A DNA stretch of 64,000 nucleotides. Source: Candidatus Latescibacterota bacterium. GTDB taxonomy: Bacteria; Latescibacterota; CBDEFO01. The position numbers were made by a program, and so were the translations under genes. The number at the start of each line of letters is the position of its first letter. Position 1 is the stretch's first letter. Positions 50,692 through 61,541 of this stretch are shown one piece after another. The DNA lies in NCBI GenBank assembly GCA_965248755.1, contig OZ252149.1, positions 4,256,001 through 4,320,000 of the forward strand, written 5' to 3'. The notes under the pieces are model-generated. The model was not told where the DNA came from. It was given only the letters and a program-made list of their open reading frames with translations, and searched no databases.

Positions 50692-51303
50692 ATGGTTGAG
50701 CTTTTCAGTAAGGGCGGATCTTTTATGTATCCGCTCCTGTTCTTATTTGTCGTCGGAGTAGCTATAATTTTGGAGCGCATCTGGACACTCACCAGGGCTT
50801 CTGTCAATACGAAGAGATTCTTCTTTCGGCTCCAAACCGCCCTTGAGGAAAATGGTCCTGAAGGAGCAGCTATGGTCTGCGCTGATACAAGGGGTCCCGC
50901 TGCGACTGTCATCCATGCCGGACTTCTAAGGCTCCCAAGGGGAATTGATCACGTAGAAAAGGCAATTGGTGATTCAGGAGCTATCGAAATGGCATTTTTG
51001 GAAAAGGGGATGGTCTGGCTCGCTACGGTTGCCAACATAGCTCCCATGATAGGCTTCTTAGGGACCGTACGGGGTATGATAAGGGCGTTTCAAGCCATCG
51101 CTGAGGCGGGGGATGTGGAGCCCACGCTCGTGGCTTCTGGAATATCCGAAGCGCTCATTACCACTGCAGCCGGACTCGCCGTGGCTATACCGATGCAGTT
51201 CTTTCACAATCTCTTCGTCTCCAGAATTGACAAGATCGTTATCGAAATGCAGGAGACCTCTACAGCCTTTGTGGATAGTCTTATCGAAAAAGAGTTTGGT
51301 TAG
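50692..51303 (+). CDS. exbB: MotA/TolQ/ExbB proton channel protein
   Basis: APMIGFLGTVRGMI and GISEALITTAAGL motifs. Confidence 0.92.
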   Translation: MVELFSKGGSFMYPLLFLFVVGVAIILERIWTLTRASVNTKRFFFRLQTALEENGPEGAAMVCADTRGPAATVIHAGLLRLPRGIDHVEKAIGDSGAIEMAFLEKGMVWLATVANIAPMIGFLGTVRGMIRAFQAIAEAGDVEPTLVASGISEALITTAAGLAVAIPMQFFHNLFVSRIDKIVIEMQETSTAFVDSLIEKEFG

Positions 51304-51329
51304 GTGCGGCACGACGCAGAGGAAACAAC

Positions 51330-51746
51330 GTGAGATTCGAGAGGAAATCGAGGATCGACCAGACAGTTCCGACCGCTTCGATGGCTGACATTGCCTTTTT
51401 ATTGCTTATATTCTTTATGGTCTCGACGGTATTCATTACCTACCGGGGGCTACCTGTGATATTGCCCAAGGCCCAGAAGATAGAGGAACTCAAAACCAGA
51501 AGGAATATAGCAAACCTGTGGATAGGAACCGACGGCACCCTCGTTATTGATGACGATAAAGTGGACATCTCATCGATAAGGTCAGTTATGTACAACAAGC
51601 TGTCGGAAAATCCGAGGATCATAGTTTCGCTTAAGTGCGATGAGGAGGCACCCTGCGGCGTCCTGTACGACGTTCTGGTGGAATTAAGAGAATCTCAGGC
51701 TCTAAGGGTCAACTTCGCCACAGACAGGAAGAAGGAGACACGTTGA
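51330..51746 (+). CDS. exbD: Biopolymer transport protein ExbD
   Basis: SMADIAFLLLIFFMV motif. Confidence 0.92.
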   Translation: MRFERKSRIDQTVPTASMADIAFLLLIFFMVSTVFITYRGLPVILPKAQKIEELKTRRNIANLWIGTDGTLVIDDDKVDISSIRSVMYNKLSENPRIIVSLKCDEEAPCGVLYDVLVELRESQALRVNFATDRKKETR

Positions 51747-52402
51747 TCAGAAAGAAGAACCCCAAGGTGGATCTCAAGCTCGAATATAAAAAGGTCTTTC
51801 CAGTATGCCTCTTCGTATCGGTCCTGCTGACCTTTTTGGTATTCTTCTTCAGCAGGGAATTTGACGTTAAAGCGTACGCCAAGCCGCCACAGAGAATAAT
51901 CCTGCAGATTGAGGACATACCCGAGACTCATCAGATCAAAAGACCACCTCCGCCTCCGAGGCCCTCTGTTCCGATAGAAGTTGAGGCCGAAGATCTCGTA
52001 GATGATGTGACAATAGAAAGCACGGACCTAGACTTGAGCCAGATTCCAGCGGATATTCCTCCACCGCCCCCTCTGATTGAGACTTTTCCCGTTGAGCATT
52101 TGGCCGATGAGGAGGAGATAGTCGAGTTCTGGCATGCGGAGGTAAAGCCGAAGCTGGTTAAGTCTGTGGTCCCGGAGTATCCTGAGATCGCACGTAAGGC
52201 TGGGATAGAGGGGAAAGTCTCTCTGCGTCTTTTAATCGGTAAGGACGGTAAAGTGGAGGAAGTGGAGTTCCTGAAGGGCCCCGTAGTATTCAAAGATTCG
52301 GCAATAGAAGCGGTGATGCAATACTTATTTTCACCGGCTATGCAGAACGATAAGCCTGTGAGGGTATGGGCGGCTCAGATGATCAGGTTCAAATTGAAAT
52401 GA
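51743..52402 (+). CDS. tonB: Energy transducer TonB
   Basis: TM anchor, Pro-rich linker and YPEIARKAGIEGKV C-domain. Confidence 0.92.
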   Translation: MIRKKNPKVDLKLEYKKVFPVCLFVSVLLTFLVFFFSREFDVKAYAKPPQRIILQIEDIPETHQIKRPPPPPRPSVPIEVEAEDLVDDVTIESTDLDLSQIPADIPPPPPLIETFPVEHLADEEEIVEFWHAEVKPKLVKSVVPEYPEIARKAGIEGKVSLRLLIGKDGKVEEVEFLKGPVVFKDSAIEAVMQYLFSPAMQNDKPVRVWAAQMIRFKLK

Positions 52403-52407
52403 CTGAA

Positions 52408-52458
52408 TGTAGGAGCTGGGTTTCCCAGCCCTTGTGGCGAGCGAACCTCGCCCCTACA
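52408..52458. repeat. GTAG-type REP doublet (REPIN-like) between convergent genes
   Basis: TGTAGGAGCTGGGTTTCCCAGCCC...GGCGAGCGAACCTCGCCCCTACA: two hairpins with inverted GTAG ends. Confidence 0.7.
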
Positions 52459-52471
52459 TCTTATTTGGGAA

Positions 52472-52876
52472 TTACTTTATAGGAGAGGCTATAGATATTC
52501 TGGTGGCTCCCGCTAACTTGAGTTCATCTAATACATCGACAAAGGCTCTGTACGGGGTCTCCCTGTCCGACTGCAGAGATACTATAAGCTTATCATTTTC
52601 GGAGAGTCTTCGCTTTATCTCATCTGTAAGGTTAAACAGACTGATCTCCTCTCCATCTACGGCGATATCCCCGGCGGCGTTGAGCCAGATGTTGCAGATG
52701 TTTTTCTTGGGAACGGGCTTTGTCTTACCGGCGGAAGGCAGAATTAGTCCTATACCTTTATCCCTGTTTAAAGTGGTGGTCACCAGGAAAAATATGATCA
52801 GCAAAAAGGCGATGTCCGCCATAGCCACAACGGGGATGAAGACCGTTACCTTTCTTTTCCTTTTGGGTATCAACAT
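52472..52876 (-). CDS. exbD: Second ExbD-family protein
   Basis: AMADIAFLLIIFFLV and D..TPY..FVDVLDELK motifs. Confidence 0.9.
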   Translation of the reverse strand: MLIPKRKRKVTVFIPVVAMADIAFLLIIFFLVTTTLNRDKGIGLILPSAGKTKPVPKKNICNIWLNAAGDIAVDGEEISLFNLTDEIKRRLSENDKLIVSLQSDRETPYRAFVDVLDELKLAGATRISIASPIK

Positions 52877-52906
52877 CTGTGATGTCCTACTGTTTTCGGT
52901 GGACGT

Positions 52907-54133
52907 TCACTTGCCTGCTTTTTTCTTCCCCTTTTTAAAGAAATTGAGTTTTTTCTTCTCCTCCTCCGATATAGCTGGTCTTATAGACCATATCATCTGC
53001 TGAGCGTGCTCTCTCCATGTGGAGTCGTTCAAAGCTGATGTGAACTCCCGTATTGCCTCATCCTCCTTGCCTTTTTCCAGATAATATTCCCCGTTGAGTA
53101 CCCTCAAGTGGCCATTTTGTGGGTCAATGGACAAGCCCATATTGATCCGGGCTTCGGCGCTTTCCATGTCTCCAGACTTGAGACTTCCTTCCGCCAGTTG
53201 AATAATGGAGGAAATATCGTGGGGCCTTATGCGCACCATCCCTTCCAATGCAAATATGGCATCCTCATCTTTTCCTAACTTCTGGGCGATCGAGCGTATC
53301 TTGGAAAATGTCGCATAGCTTGTCGAATCTATCTTTGCAATAGTTTTATATGACTCTAAGGCATCTTCATAGTAACCCATCTTGGACTGAAGACCCGCCA
53401 ATTTGGTCAAGACTGTCATATTTTGGGGATTTAGTCGTAAGAGCTCTTTATAGGTTCTGATAGCTTCATCGTCCAAGGCGAGATAGACGCAAAGTTGGCC
53501 TATACGATTTAACATAGTACTATCCTTTTCCACAAGTTTGGACAATTTCCGCAGGTACGCTAACTCATCCAGGTGTAGGCCTTTATAGCGGTATAGGCCG
53601 GACAAGGTCCTCAAAACAGGTTCCTGCTCCGGTTCTATAGCAAGTATCGTTTCATATTCTCTTATAGCCGAATCGTACTGAGCATCTACATGGTAGATAT
53701 TAGCAAGCATAAGATGCGCGTTAATATGCGTGGAATCTGCCTTTATCGCCTCAAGATATGCGGCTTTTGCAGCGTCGGTGTTCCCTTTTACCTTATGGTA
53801 GATACTTCCCAGGGCGTAGTGAGCTTTGGCATTATGGGGATTAAAGGATAAAGATTTTCTGTATTGCTGTATCGCGTCATCGTACATCTTATTTTGATCG
53901 TACTGCACGGCAAAGCTATAGTGTTTCCTCGCCTCAAGTACAGATACCGAATCGACATCAGCCGACCTTGCAAAAGTGGTGCTATCTGGCGTGTTTGCTG
54001 ACGGAGTGGTCGCACCACCCCAAGAGGGTTCGGCAGACAACATAAAGGACGAAAAGAGTATTAAGAGTGAAATGACCAATTTCTTATCCATCAAAATATA
54101 GTAACTTACTGATGGGGACTTCGGGCTTATCAA
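52907..54133 (-). CDS. Secreted tetratricopeptide repeat protein
   Basis: Signal peptide (probable start MDKK near 54091) and multiple TPR motifs. Confidence 0.88.
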   Translation of the reverse strand: MISPKSPSVSYYILMDKKLVISLLILFSSFMLSAEPSWGGATTPSANTPDSTTFARSADVDSVSVLEARKHYSFAVQYDQNKMYDDAIQQYRKSLSFNPHNAKAHYALGSIYHKVKGNTDAAKAAYLEAIKADSTHINAHLMLANIYHVDAQYDSAIREYETILAIEPEQEPVLRTLSGLYRYKGLHLDELAYLRKLSKLVEKDSTMLNRIGQLCVYLALDDEAIRTYKELLRLNPQNMTVLTKLAGLQSKMGYYEDALESYKTIAKIDSTSYATFSKIRSIAQKLGKDEDAIFALEGMVRIRPHDISSIIQLAEGSLKSGDMESAEARINMGLSIDPQNGHLRVLNGEYYLEKGKEDEAIREFTSALNDSTWREHAQQMIWSIRPAISEEEKKKLNFFKKGKKKAGK

Positions 54134-54332
54134 AAATAAATCCGATTACCCCATAAAGTCAAGATATATCGGGATAGATAGAAACATAGGTAATAGTGAA
54201 GTAGTAAGGAGGGAGAAAGGCAGATGCGCTGAATTCACAGAAGGTAAAAGTCTATCGGAAGATTCTTAAATTGTCAACTTTAGAGCGCGATTCATCACTG
54301 AGATTCTGTAACAGGGGAGTCGCCTCTATATC

Positions 54333-55678
54333 GGGTCTGTCAGTTTTTTTGTGTAAATGGGATTTTCTTCTGTACCCTTTTCGGCTTATTCTATACCAAA
54401 TCTCCCCTCGAAGTGGATGGAGAATTGGTGAATGGCCAAGCTCCAGTTCCTGATCGGCATCGTCCATTTTTTCTTGATATTCTTGAGTGTCATATAGAGT
54501 AACTTAATCGCTGTCTCGTCGTTTGGGAAGCTATTTCTGTTCTTTATTACTTTCCGTAGAGAGTTATTAAGCGATTCGATGGCGTTTGTGGTATAGATCA
54601 CCCTTCGGATCTCTTCAGAGTAGGCGAAAAACGGGATGATCCGAGACCAGTTATTCTGCCACGATTTACTTATCATCGGATAACGGCTGTCCCAAGCCTC
54701 CTGAAAATCTCCAAGGGCCTCTTCAGCCTGTTCTACCGTGGGGGCTCGGTATATATTCTTGAGGTCGGCGGCAATCTTCTTACGATCCCTATACGACACG
54801 AACTTCAAGGAATTCCTCACCACATGGACAATACAGAGCTGGACCTCTGCTTGGGGAAATACGGATTCAATAGCCTCTGGAAGACCCTGGAGACCATCCA
54901 CGCAAGCTATCAACACATCGTTCATCCCCCGATTCTTAAGCTCCGTGAAAACTTGCAGCCAGAACTTCGCCCCCTCGCTCTTTGCAATCCAGATACCCAA
55001 AACGTCTTTCATCCCATCCAGACCGACCCCTACCGCAAGATACACCGCCTTGTTTACGATCCGGCCTTCGTCTCTAATCTTCATCACCAGAGAATCAAAG
55101 AATACTATGGGATACACCCCTTCCAAAGGACGATCCTGCCACTGCTTCACCTCTGATATGATCCCATCGGTCACAGTCGATATCAAATCAGGGGCACCTC
55201 TACACCGTATATCTCCTCCAAATGAGCCTGTATATCACGTGTGGTCATCCCTCGGGCATACATAGACAGTATCTTATCATCAAAACCTGTAAATCGCCTC
55301 TGCCCCTTCCTCACTATCTGCGGATCAAACTGACTGTTCCGATCCCGTGGCACCGATATCTCCAGATCACCATAATCTGTCTTCAATCCCTTTGTGCTCC
55401 TACCGTTGCGCGAATTACCGCTGTTCCTCCCTTCTGGAGAACTCTTATCGTAGCCTAACTCATACGTAAGCTCTGACTCCAGAGCCCGCTCAAGAATCGC
55501 CTTCGTCAACTGCTTCAAAAGACCTTCCTAACCAATTATGTCTTCCGGCTTCTTGTAATCCTTCAAAAGCTCATCAATCAACTTCGGGTCTAGCTTGTCC
55601 ATGTAAGAACTCCTTATGTAAATGGTGGACAACTAATATAACTCATTTCCCCATTTACACAAATTTCCTTACACACCC
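54333..55678 (-). mobile_element. IS256-family element, inactivated transposase
   Basis: IRs GGGTCTGTCAGTTTTTTTGTGTAAATGGG / GGGTGTGTAAGGAAATTTGTGTAAATGGG. 8-bp TSD TCTATATC at 54325-54332 and 55679-55686. Nonsense TAG at 55528-55530 and a 1-bp deletion near 55195 relative to the second copy. Confidence 0.95.
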
Positions 55679-55679
55679 T

Positions 55680-56687
55680 CTATATCTCCCCTTCAATCTC
55701 CTTTCTCATTAAAGAGCAGAAACTGATCGCCCTCTTCAGACATCCCTCAGCCTTCTTTTGATCTACCTTGTTCTCTTTCTCAAGCATGTCCCTCTTTTGG
55801 GGCAACCATACATTTTCCAGATAGTCCATCTGCTCGTTCAGATTCGGGTCGTCCGCGCAGCTTATGAAGTAGTCGATGATCCCCAACAGTCCAAATTTCA
55901 AGCTTACAGAATATGATTTCGTCTCCTCATCCAAATCTAGGCAGATGTTTTTGCTTCTGTTCTGCCGTGCCGTTGCCAGTTTCCCGGCAGAAACGGTCAA
56001 AAGTGTATTTACAAAACTGTCCTTGTTCTGTACCCAGTCCGCCAGCCCCTCTACGTAGTCCAGAAGGTCCACCTTTTCGCCTCTAGAGATAACCGAGTAG
56101 GCTCGTATCTGCACGTTTCTGAAGAACGCCACGAGTCCAATGTTGGCGTCTATAGTGTCAGCATCGTACAGTATCCTCTTCTCCAGGGAGGAATATTCTC
56201 TCTCCACATCGCTTGGGCTTAATCTACTGGACTTGAGGTGGCCTACGATAATATCTGCTATCTTCTGACAGAACGTTTCGGGGAAATTCCTCATCCTTAA
56301 TATCTCTTCTGAGATGAAAGCACCAGATACATTATGTATTTCTCCGAACAGATTGTACTTCTCGTATAGTTGAGTTACAATATTGTTTCCTGTGGGCAGC
56401 AGAGAATCGTTCAGCCAGAAACCATGCTCATTTAGAAGCCTGTTTCCGTTTTCATCCATGCTAACAGGACCGTCGTATCTTTTTGTAATATCGTGGAGCG
56501 TAGCTGCATATTTCAACTGATCTATGTCTCCACCTTCATCTTCACCCAAGGATACGCTCAGGTTCCTTACTCTCATCGTATGATTGAAGTAATAGTGTCT
56601 CCACAAAAAGCCCACCCGCTTTTCGTCCCACAGATTGAAAGTGGACCCTACAAGATCTTCTAACTCCTTCAATCTATTGTCTTCCAT
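55680..56687 (-). CDS. HD-domain metal-dependent phosphohydrolase
   Basis: HTMRV...LHDITK...HN...GH...YDADTID motifs. Confidence 0.85.
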   Translation of the reverse strand: MEDNRLKELEDLVGSTFNLWDEKRVGFLWRHYYFNHTMRVRNLSVSLGEDEGGDIDQLKYAATLHDITKRYDGPVSMDENGNRLLNEHGFWLNDSLLPTGNNIVTQLYEKYNLFGEIHNVSGAFISEEILRMRNFPETFCQKIADIIVGHLKSSRLSPSDVEREYSSLEKRILYDADTIDANIGLVAFFRNVQIRAYSVISRGEKVDLLDYVEGLADWVQNKDSFVNTLLTVSAGKLATARQNRSKNICLDLDEETKSYSVSLKFGLLGIIDYFISCADDPNLNEQMDYLENVWLPQKRDMLEKENKVDQKKAEGCLKRAISFCSLMRKEIEGEI

Positions 56688-57118
56688 TCTTTTCTCCTGA
56701 AAGTATAGAACAAAGAGTCTAAAGTTGCCTTTCTTCTCCCCGTTTCAAAAGATATTCCTGAATATACGGAAAAGTTCCCAAGGCTGCAACAAGGGTTTCC
56801 CGCATCTAGAAGAATAAAGATACATGGTATCCACCCACACGGGACGCTCTTGCCTGTTGGGCGTAATCAGATGTTGACTGTGGAAGGTTACCTCTTGCCG
56901 TGAGAAGATCTCCAACAAGATGGTGCGGATGGGCTTCTTGGCGTTAGACCACTATGGAGTGGATCATCCCATGGATAGGGTCAGGTAGTTCCTATTGAGC
57001 CATCGCACACCAAACAGAGATATTCGAAGGCTTTGCCCTGGAATTTCCTGTCACCACCTATGTCTAAGACCAAAGGAGTATTCCACTTGGCTGTTTTCCT
57101 CAGTTTTGCGCGAGGGAC

Positions 57119-57147
57119 TTGACAAGATCTCACAAATTTGCTATCTT
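57119..57147 (+). promoter_or_regulatory. Sigma70-like promoter of tRNA-Arg
   Basis: TTGACA-17 bp-TATCTT. Confidence 0.7.
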
Positions 57148-57173
57148 TACAACGATTAGGGGTAAGATCTTGC

Positions 57174-57251
57174 GCGCCCATGGCTCAATTTGGATAGAGC
57201 ATCTGACTACGGATCAGAAGGTTGGGGGTTCGAGTCCCTCTGGGCGTGCCA
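57174..57251 (+). tRNA. tRNA-Arg(ACG)
   Basis: Acceptor stem GCGCCCA/TGGGCGT, anticodon arm TCTGA-CTACGGA-TCAGA, GGTTCGAGTCC T-loop and encoded CCA. Confidence 0.96.
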
Positions 57252-57256
57252 GAAAA

Positions 57257-57294
57257 AACAACGGGTTACGACAATTAGATCGTAGCCCGTTGTT
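57257..57294 (+). terminator. Hairpin 3' of tRNA-Arg (terminator or att-associated)
   Basis: AACAACGGGTTACGA...TCGTAGCCCGTTGTT. Confidence 0.6.
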
Positions 57295-57768
57295 CGTTTG
57301 GTGACATATTGGTGACAGAAAGCGGGCTGGTGACAGCTGAAAAGAGCCTGGTAACTCTTCTATGTACACGTCAGTAACAAATCATAATATTGACGGAATC
57401 TATTCCATAGCGGCTTCGGAGGAAAAAAGGCAGTTGATGCAAATACACATCAACGAACTCATCTGGACGTTCGCTGAAGTGAAGCCACGTTGAGCCACCA
57501 CCTTCAGCGTGGCTCAACATAGGTACTCCGCAGAGCGGAGCTTCAAACCCCATGCTTGGGTGCTATCCCCTACACCCCCCGAGATTGCATTCATTCGCAC
57601 TTACGCGCGATGGTATTCTGTCATAACTTTTGGTTCTTCTCCAAAAAGTGTAGTTATTGACGGAAGTAGTTTTTTGAGAATTTAATATTGAAAGGCATCT
57701 GTCTGTTCCTGTATAGTTTATAGTAGTAAGAACAAACAAATACAGGAGGGGGACAGGATGCCTAGTGA

Positions 57769-58056
57769 CATGAGAGCATAATGGCTTAACCTGCCGAAAG
57801 TAAGAGTTAATCGCGTAACGATCCATAGTGACAGCACCGAAATTTATGTGGATCGAGATGCTCTCTTCGACTTTACTTGCTCTGGCTGTGGCCAGACATC
57901 CTTCTGGAGTTGGGATTGTCGGCAATTCAGGATTAGGGATCTGTCAGTTTTTGAATTTAAGGCCTACCTGATCATAGATAAATATCGCACCAATTGTCCA
58001 ATCTGCGGGGTGAAGATTGAAGGACTTGACTTTGTTGATTCTTATTACCGATGCAC
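57769..58056 (+). pseudogene. ISL3-family transposase N-terminal fragment
   Basis: CSGCG...RIRDL...CPICGVKIEGLDF...RCT zinc-finger segment, with an early in-frame stop. Confidence 0.75.
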
Positions 58057-58409
58057 TGCCGAACAATGGATTAAGGTAGGCAAATATGCTCTGAACTGGG
58101 TCCGGCTATCATGCCAGCGTCCCCGATTGTGATCCCCTATTGAATCTATAGGGGAGCGGGGATCAGGTGAGGCTCTGGTTATTTGTTCTGGCCAATAATC
58201 TTGGAAACTTTCTGAGGCGGTTGGTTCTTCCAGGGATAATCAAATACCGCTCTCTTGGCAGCCTCCTTGTGAAATTGATCAAGATTGGCGCGCAGATTGT
58301 CAGGCACAGCAGATACATCACGTTTCAGATGGTTGAGGTTGGGATAGACATGAGGTTATTTGCCGAAATATTATCCCGGATTGAACGATTGCGATGTTAC
58401 TCTGTTTAG
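58057..58409 (+). pseudogene. IS1380-family transposase C-terminal fragment
   Basis: AEQWIKVGKYALNWVRLSC and QVRLWLFVLANNLGNFLRRL..LIKIGAQIVRHSRY; highly similar to the 8680-9215 region. Confidence 0.85.
58133..58155. repeat. 23-bp micro-palindrome copy nested in a degenerate copy (58120-58162)
   Basis: TCCCCTATTGAATCTATAGGGGA within TCCCCGATTGTGA...GCGGGGA. Confidence 0.85.
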
Positions 58410-58576
58410 AAGCCTTGTGAAATAGTTATCTTGTAGGCAGCGTCTGAAACGTCTATTATGGGTCAAACAGTAGCATATCGTATCGTTTTGCTATGGAATA
58501 AGCAAAATAGTCTCATCAGAGTTCTGGTCAGCAAGGAATAGAAGCTGTTTGAAGAACAGGATGCACTGTCTTTGAA

Positions 58577-59923
58577 GGGTCTGTCAGTTTTTTTGTGTAA
58601 ATGGGATTTTCTTCTGTACCCTTTTCGGCTTATTCTATACCAAATCTCCCCTCGAAGTGGATGGAGAATTGGTGAATGGCCAAGCTCCAGTTCCTGATCG
58701 GCATCGTCCATTTTTTCTTGATATTCTTGAGTGTCATATAGAGTAACTTAATCGCTGTCTCGTCGTTTGGGAAGCTATTTCTGTTCTTTATTACTTTCCG
58801 TAGAGAGTTATTAAGCGATTCGATGGCGTTTGTGGTATAGATCACCCTTCGGATCTCTTCAGAGTAGGCGAAAAACGGGATGATCCGAGACCAGTTATTC
58901 TGCCACGATTTACTTATCATCGGATAACGGCTGTCCCAAGCCTCCTGAAAATCTCCAAGGGCCTCTTCAGCCTGTTCTACCGTGGGGGCTCGGTATATAT
59001 TCTTGAGGTCGGCGGCAATCTTCTTACGATCCCTATACGACACGAACTTCAAGGAATTCCTCACCACATGGACAATACAGAGCTGGACCTCTGCTTGGGG
59101 AAATACGGATTCAATAGCCTCTGGAAGACCCTGGAGACCATCCACGCAAGCTATCAACACATCGTTCATCCCCTGATTCTTAAGCTCCGTGAAAACTTGC
59201 AGCCAGAACTTCGCCCCCTCGCTCTTTGCAATCCAGATACCCAAAACGTCTTTCATCCCATCCAGACCGACCCCTACCGCAAGATACACCGCCTTGTTTA
59301 CGATCCGGCCTTCGTCTCTAATCTTCATCACCAGAGAATCAAAGAATACTATGGGATACACCCCTTCCAAAGGACGATCCTGCCACTGCTTCACCTCTGA
59401 TATGATCCCATCGGTCACAGTCGATATCAAATCAGGGGACACCTCTACACCGTATATCTCCTCCAAATGAGCCTGTATATCACGTGTGGTCATCCCTCGG
59501 GCATACATAGACAGTATCTTATCATCAAAACCTGTAAATCGCCTCTGCCCCTTCCTCACTATCTGCGGATCAAACTGACTGTTCCGATCCCGTGGCACCG
59601 ATATCTCCAGATCACCATAATCTGTCTTCAATCCCTTTGTGCTCCTACCGTTGCGCGAATTACCGCTGTTCCTCCCTTCTGGAGAACTCTTATCGTAGCC
59701 TAACTCATACGTAAGCTCTGACTCCAGAGCCCGCTCAAGAATCGCCTTCGTCAACTGCTTCAAAAGACCTTCCTCACCAATTATGTCTTCCGGCTTCTTG
59801 TAGTCCTTCAAAAGCTCATCAATCAACTTCGGGTCTAGCTTGTCCATGTAAGAACTCCTTATGTAAATGGTGGCCAACTAATATAACTCATTTCCCCATT
59901 TACACAAATTTCCTTACACACCC
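58577..59923 (-). mobile_element. IS256-family element with intact transposase (58630-59877)
   Basis: Same IRs as 54333-55678 and a full-length ORF with DDE motifs. No matching TSD. Confidence 0.95.
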
Positions 59924-61175
59924 ACGAAATCGGACGGGTTAAGCAAGTTTTTTGCAATTTTGTGCTTCATACTGTGCCTCGAATTCTCCAGGCGTCAGAT
60001 AACCAAGTGCTGAGTGGATACGCTGATCATTGTAAACCACATCCAGAAAGTGACTCAAATGCACCAAAGCGTCCTCAAAATGCACGTATTCTTGCTGCCA
60101 TACTTCCTCATCCTTCAGATGACCAATCGCGCTTTCTACAAACGGGTTCTCCCAAGCTTTGGCCTCAGATGCCATGCTTATCTCGGCACTTACTTCCCCA
60201 AGCATCTTACGGTAGCCAGCCGCCGTGTATTGAGACCCCCGATCCGAATGGTGTATCTCCGGTCGGTGTCCTTTCTTGAATGCTTTGGAAAGTGCTTCTT
60301 GGGGCAAGGCACAAGACAGACTACGACTCAAAGCCCAACCCCGTATCATACGGGTAAAGATAGCTAAAAGCAGAGCAAGATAAAGCATAGAACCGTTTGC
60401 CAAGAAAATGTAGGTGATGTCCGCACACCATACCTGGTCAGGGCGTTCGATCTTAAGACCCTTCAACAGATTCGGGAAAGGAGGCTCGTGGGTCTTGCTT
60501 TTGGTCGTTAGGACTTTGCGCCGCCTGGGCTTAACCGACAAACTCATCTCTTTCATCAACCGTAGAACCCTTTTATGGTTCACCCGGTATTGTCCCCTAT
60601 GGAGCATCGGGGTTCACCCTCCGATACCCGTAATGAGAATGGTGTAAACAGACGCTCTCAATTGCCTTTCGCAGTCCCTGGTCATCTGAAGCCTGACAAG
60701 TGTAATAAAAACTGCTGCGTGCTAAACCTATTACGTCACATAATAAACCGATATCAAACTCATTCGCCACTTGACGGACCAACTCCTTCTTCTGGGCTAC
60801 CGAAAGGCGAAGTAGCCGGAGAGTGTTTTGAGGCTTCTAACTCCAAGGTCAAACGCCCTACAAGATGCTCTAACTCTCTAATGCGTTGCGCCTCAGCATT
60901 GTCCTGTTGGGAGTCGATCTCAAATATCTTGGGAGCTCGATCATCAAATTGCTGCCGCCAGCGGGTCAACAACGATTCACTCAAATTGTGTTCCCGGCAG
61001 ATCTGAGCAGGACTCTTACGACCACTTAACACATCCAATACACACTCAAGCTTGAACTCAGGTGTAAAGATACGACGTTTAGATGACATGGCAACCCCCT
61101 TGGGGACTCTTTTTAAACTCTTACATGATTATAAAACTTGCTAAGCCATTTGTCCAGTTTTTGGGGTTCACGTAA
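59924..61175 (-). mobile_element. IS3-family element (orfA 60760-61089, orfB frameshifted near 60615)
   Basis: OrfA HTH and OrfB motifs YGYRR, WCADITY, HHSDRGSQY and HSALGYLTP. Left IR at 61151-61175; the right IR is cut by the IS256. Confidence 0.88.
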
Positions 61176-61541
61176 TACTTATTGCTTGCGTTAAATATTC
61201 ATATTGATTCTCATTGCGAAAGACCTGCCTTATATAAGGGATACTGTATCAGGCATTACTGGCAGGTCAAGCGGTATGGAAGGCTAATCCCTGAGAGCGA
61301 AAGAGAGGTAGATCGGAGCAAAAGAAGGGAGGAGAGGAGCTAATGGCAGGAATAATTGCGTTTGACAACACTTTTTCAGACAACAGGAACAGATATCAGA
61401 TTGTCTTTTTAAGAAGCTATGGCCAGTTTTTGTGCTACTACTATGCTACTATTTAGGGACAATAAGGACAAATATTGGTATTTAATGAACACTAATGTGA
61501 AAAAGAAATTCCCGATAACTTATTGACTATGAGGAACTTAT

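Noticed and set aside
56700..57110. Possible ncRNA or gene remnant upstream of tRNA-Arg
   Set aside because: No recognisable RNA family or protein motif by eye; a covariance-model search would be needed.
57489..57518. Perfect hairpin GTTGAGCCAC...GTGGCTCAAC as an IS200/IS605 end
   Set aside because: Single occurrence with no tnpA or tnpB nearby, so it cannot be assigned.
54333..59923. Composite transposon carrying the HD gene and tRNA-Arg
   Set aside because: Copy 1 has its own TSD on both sides and the outer flanks do not match.
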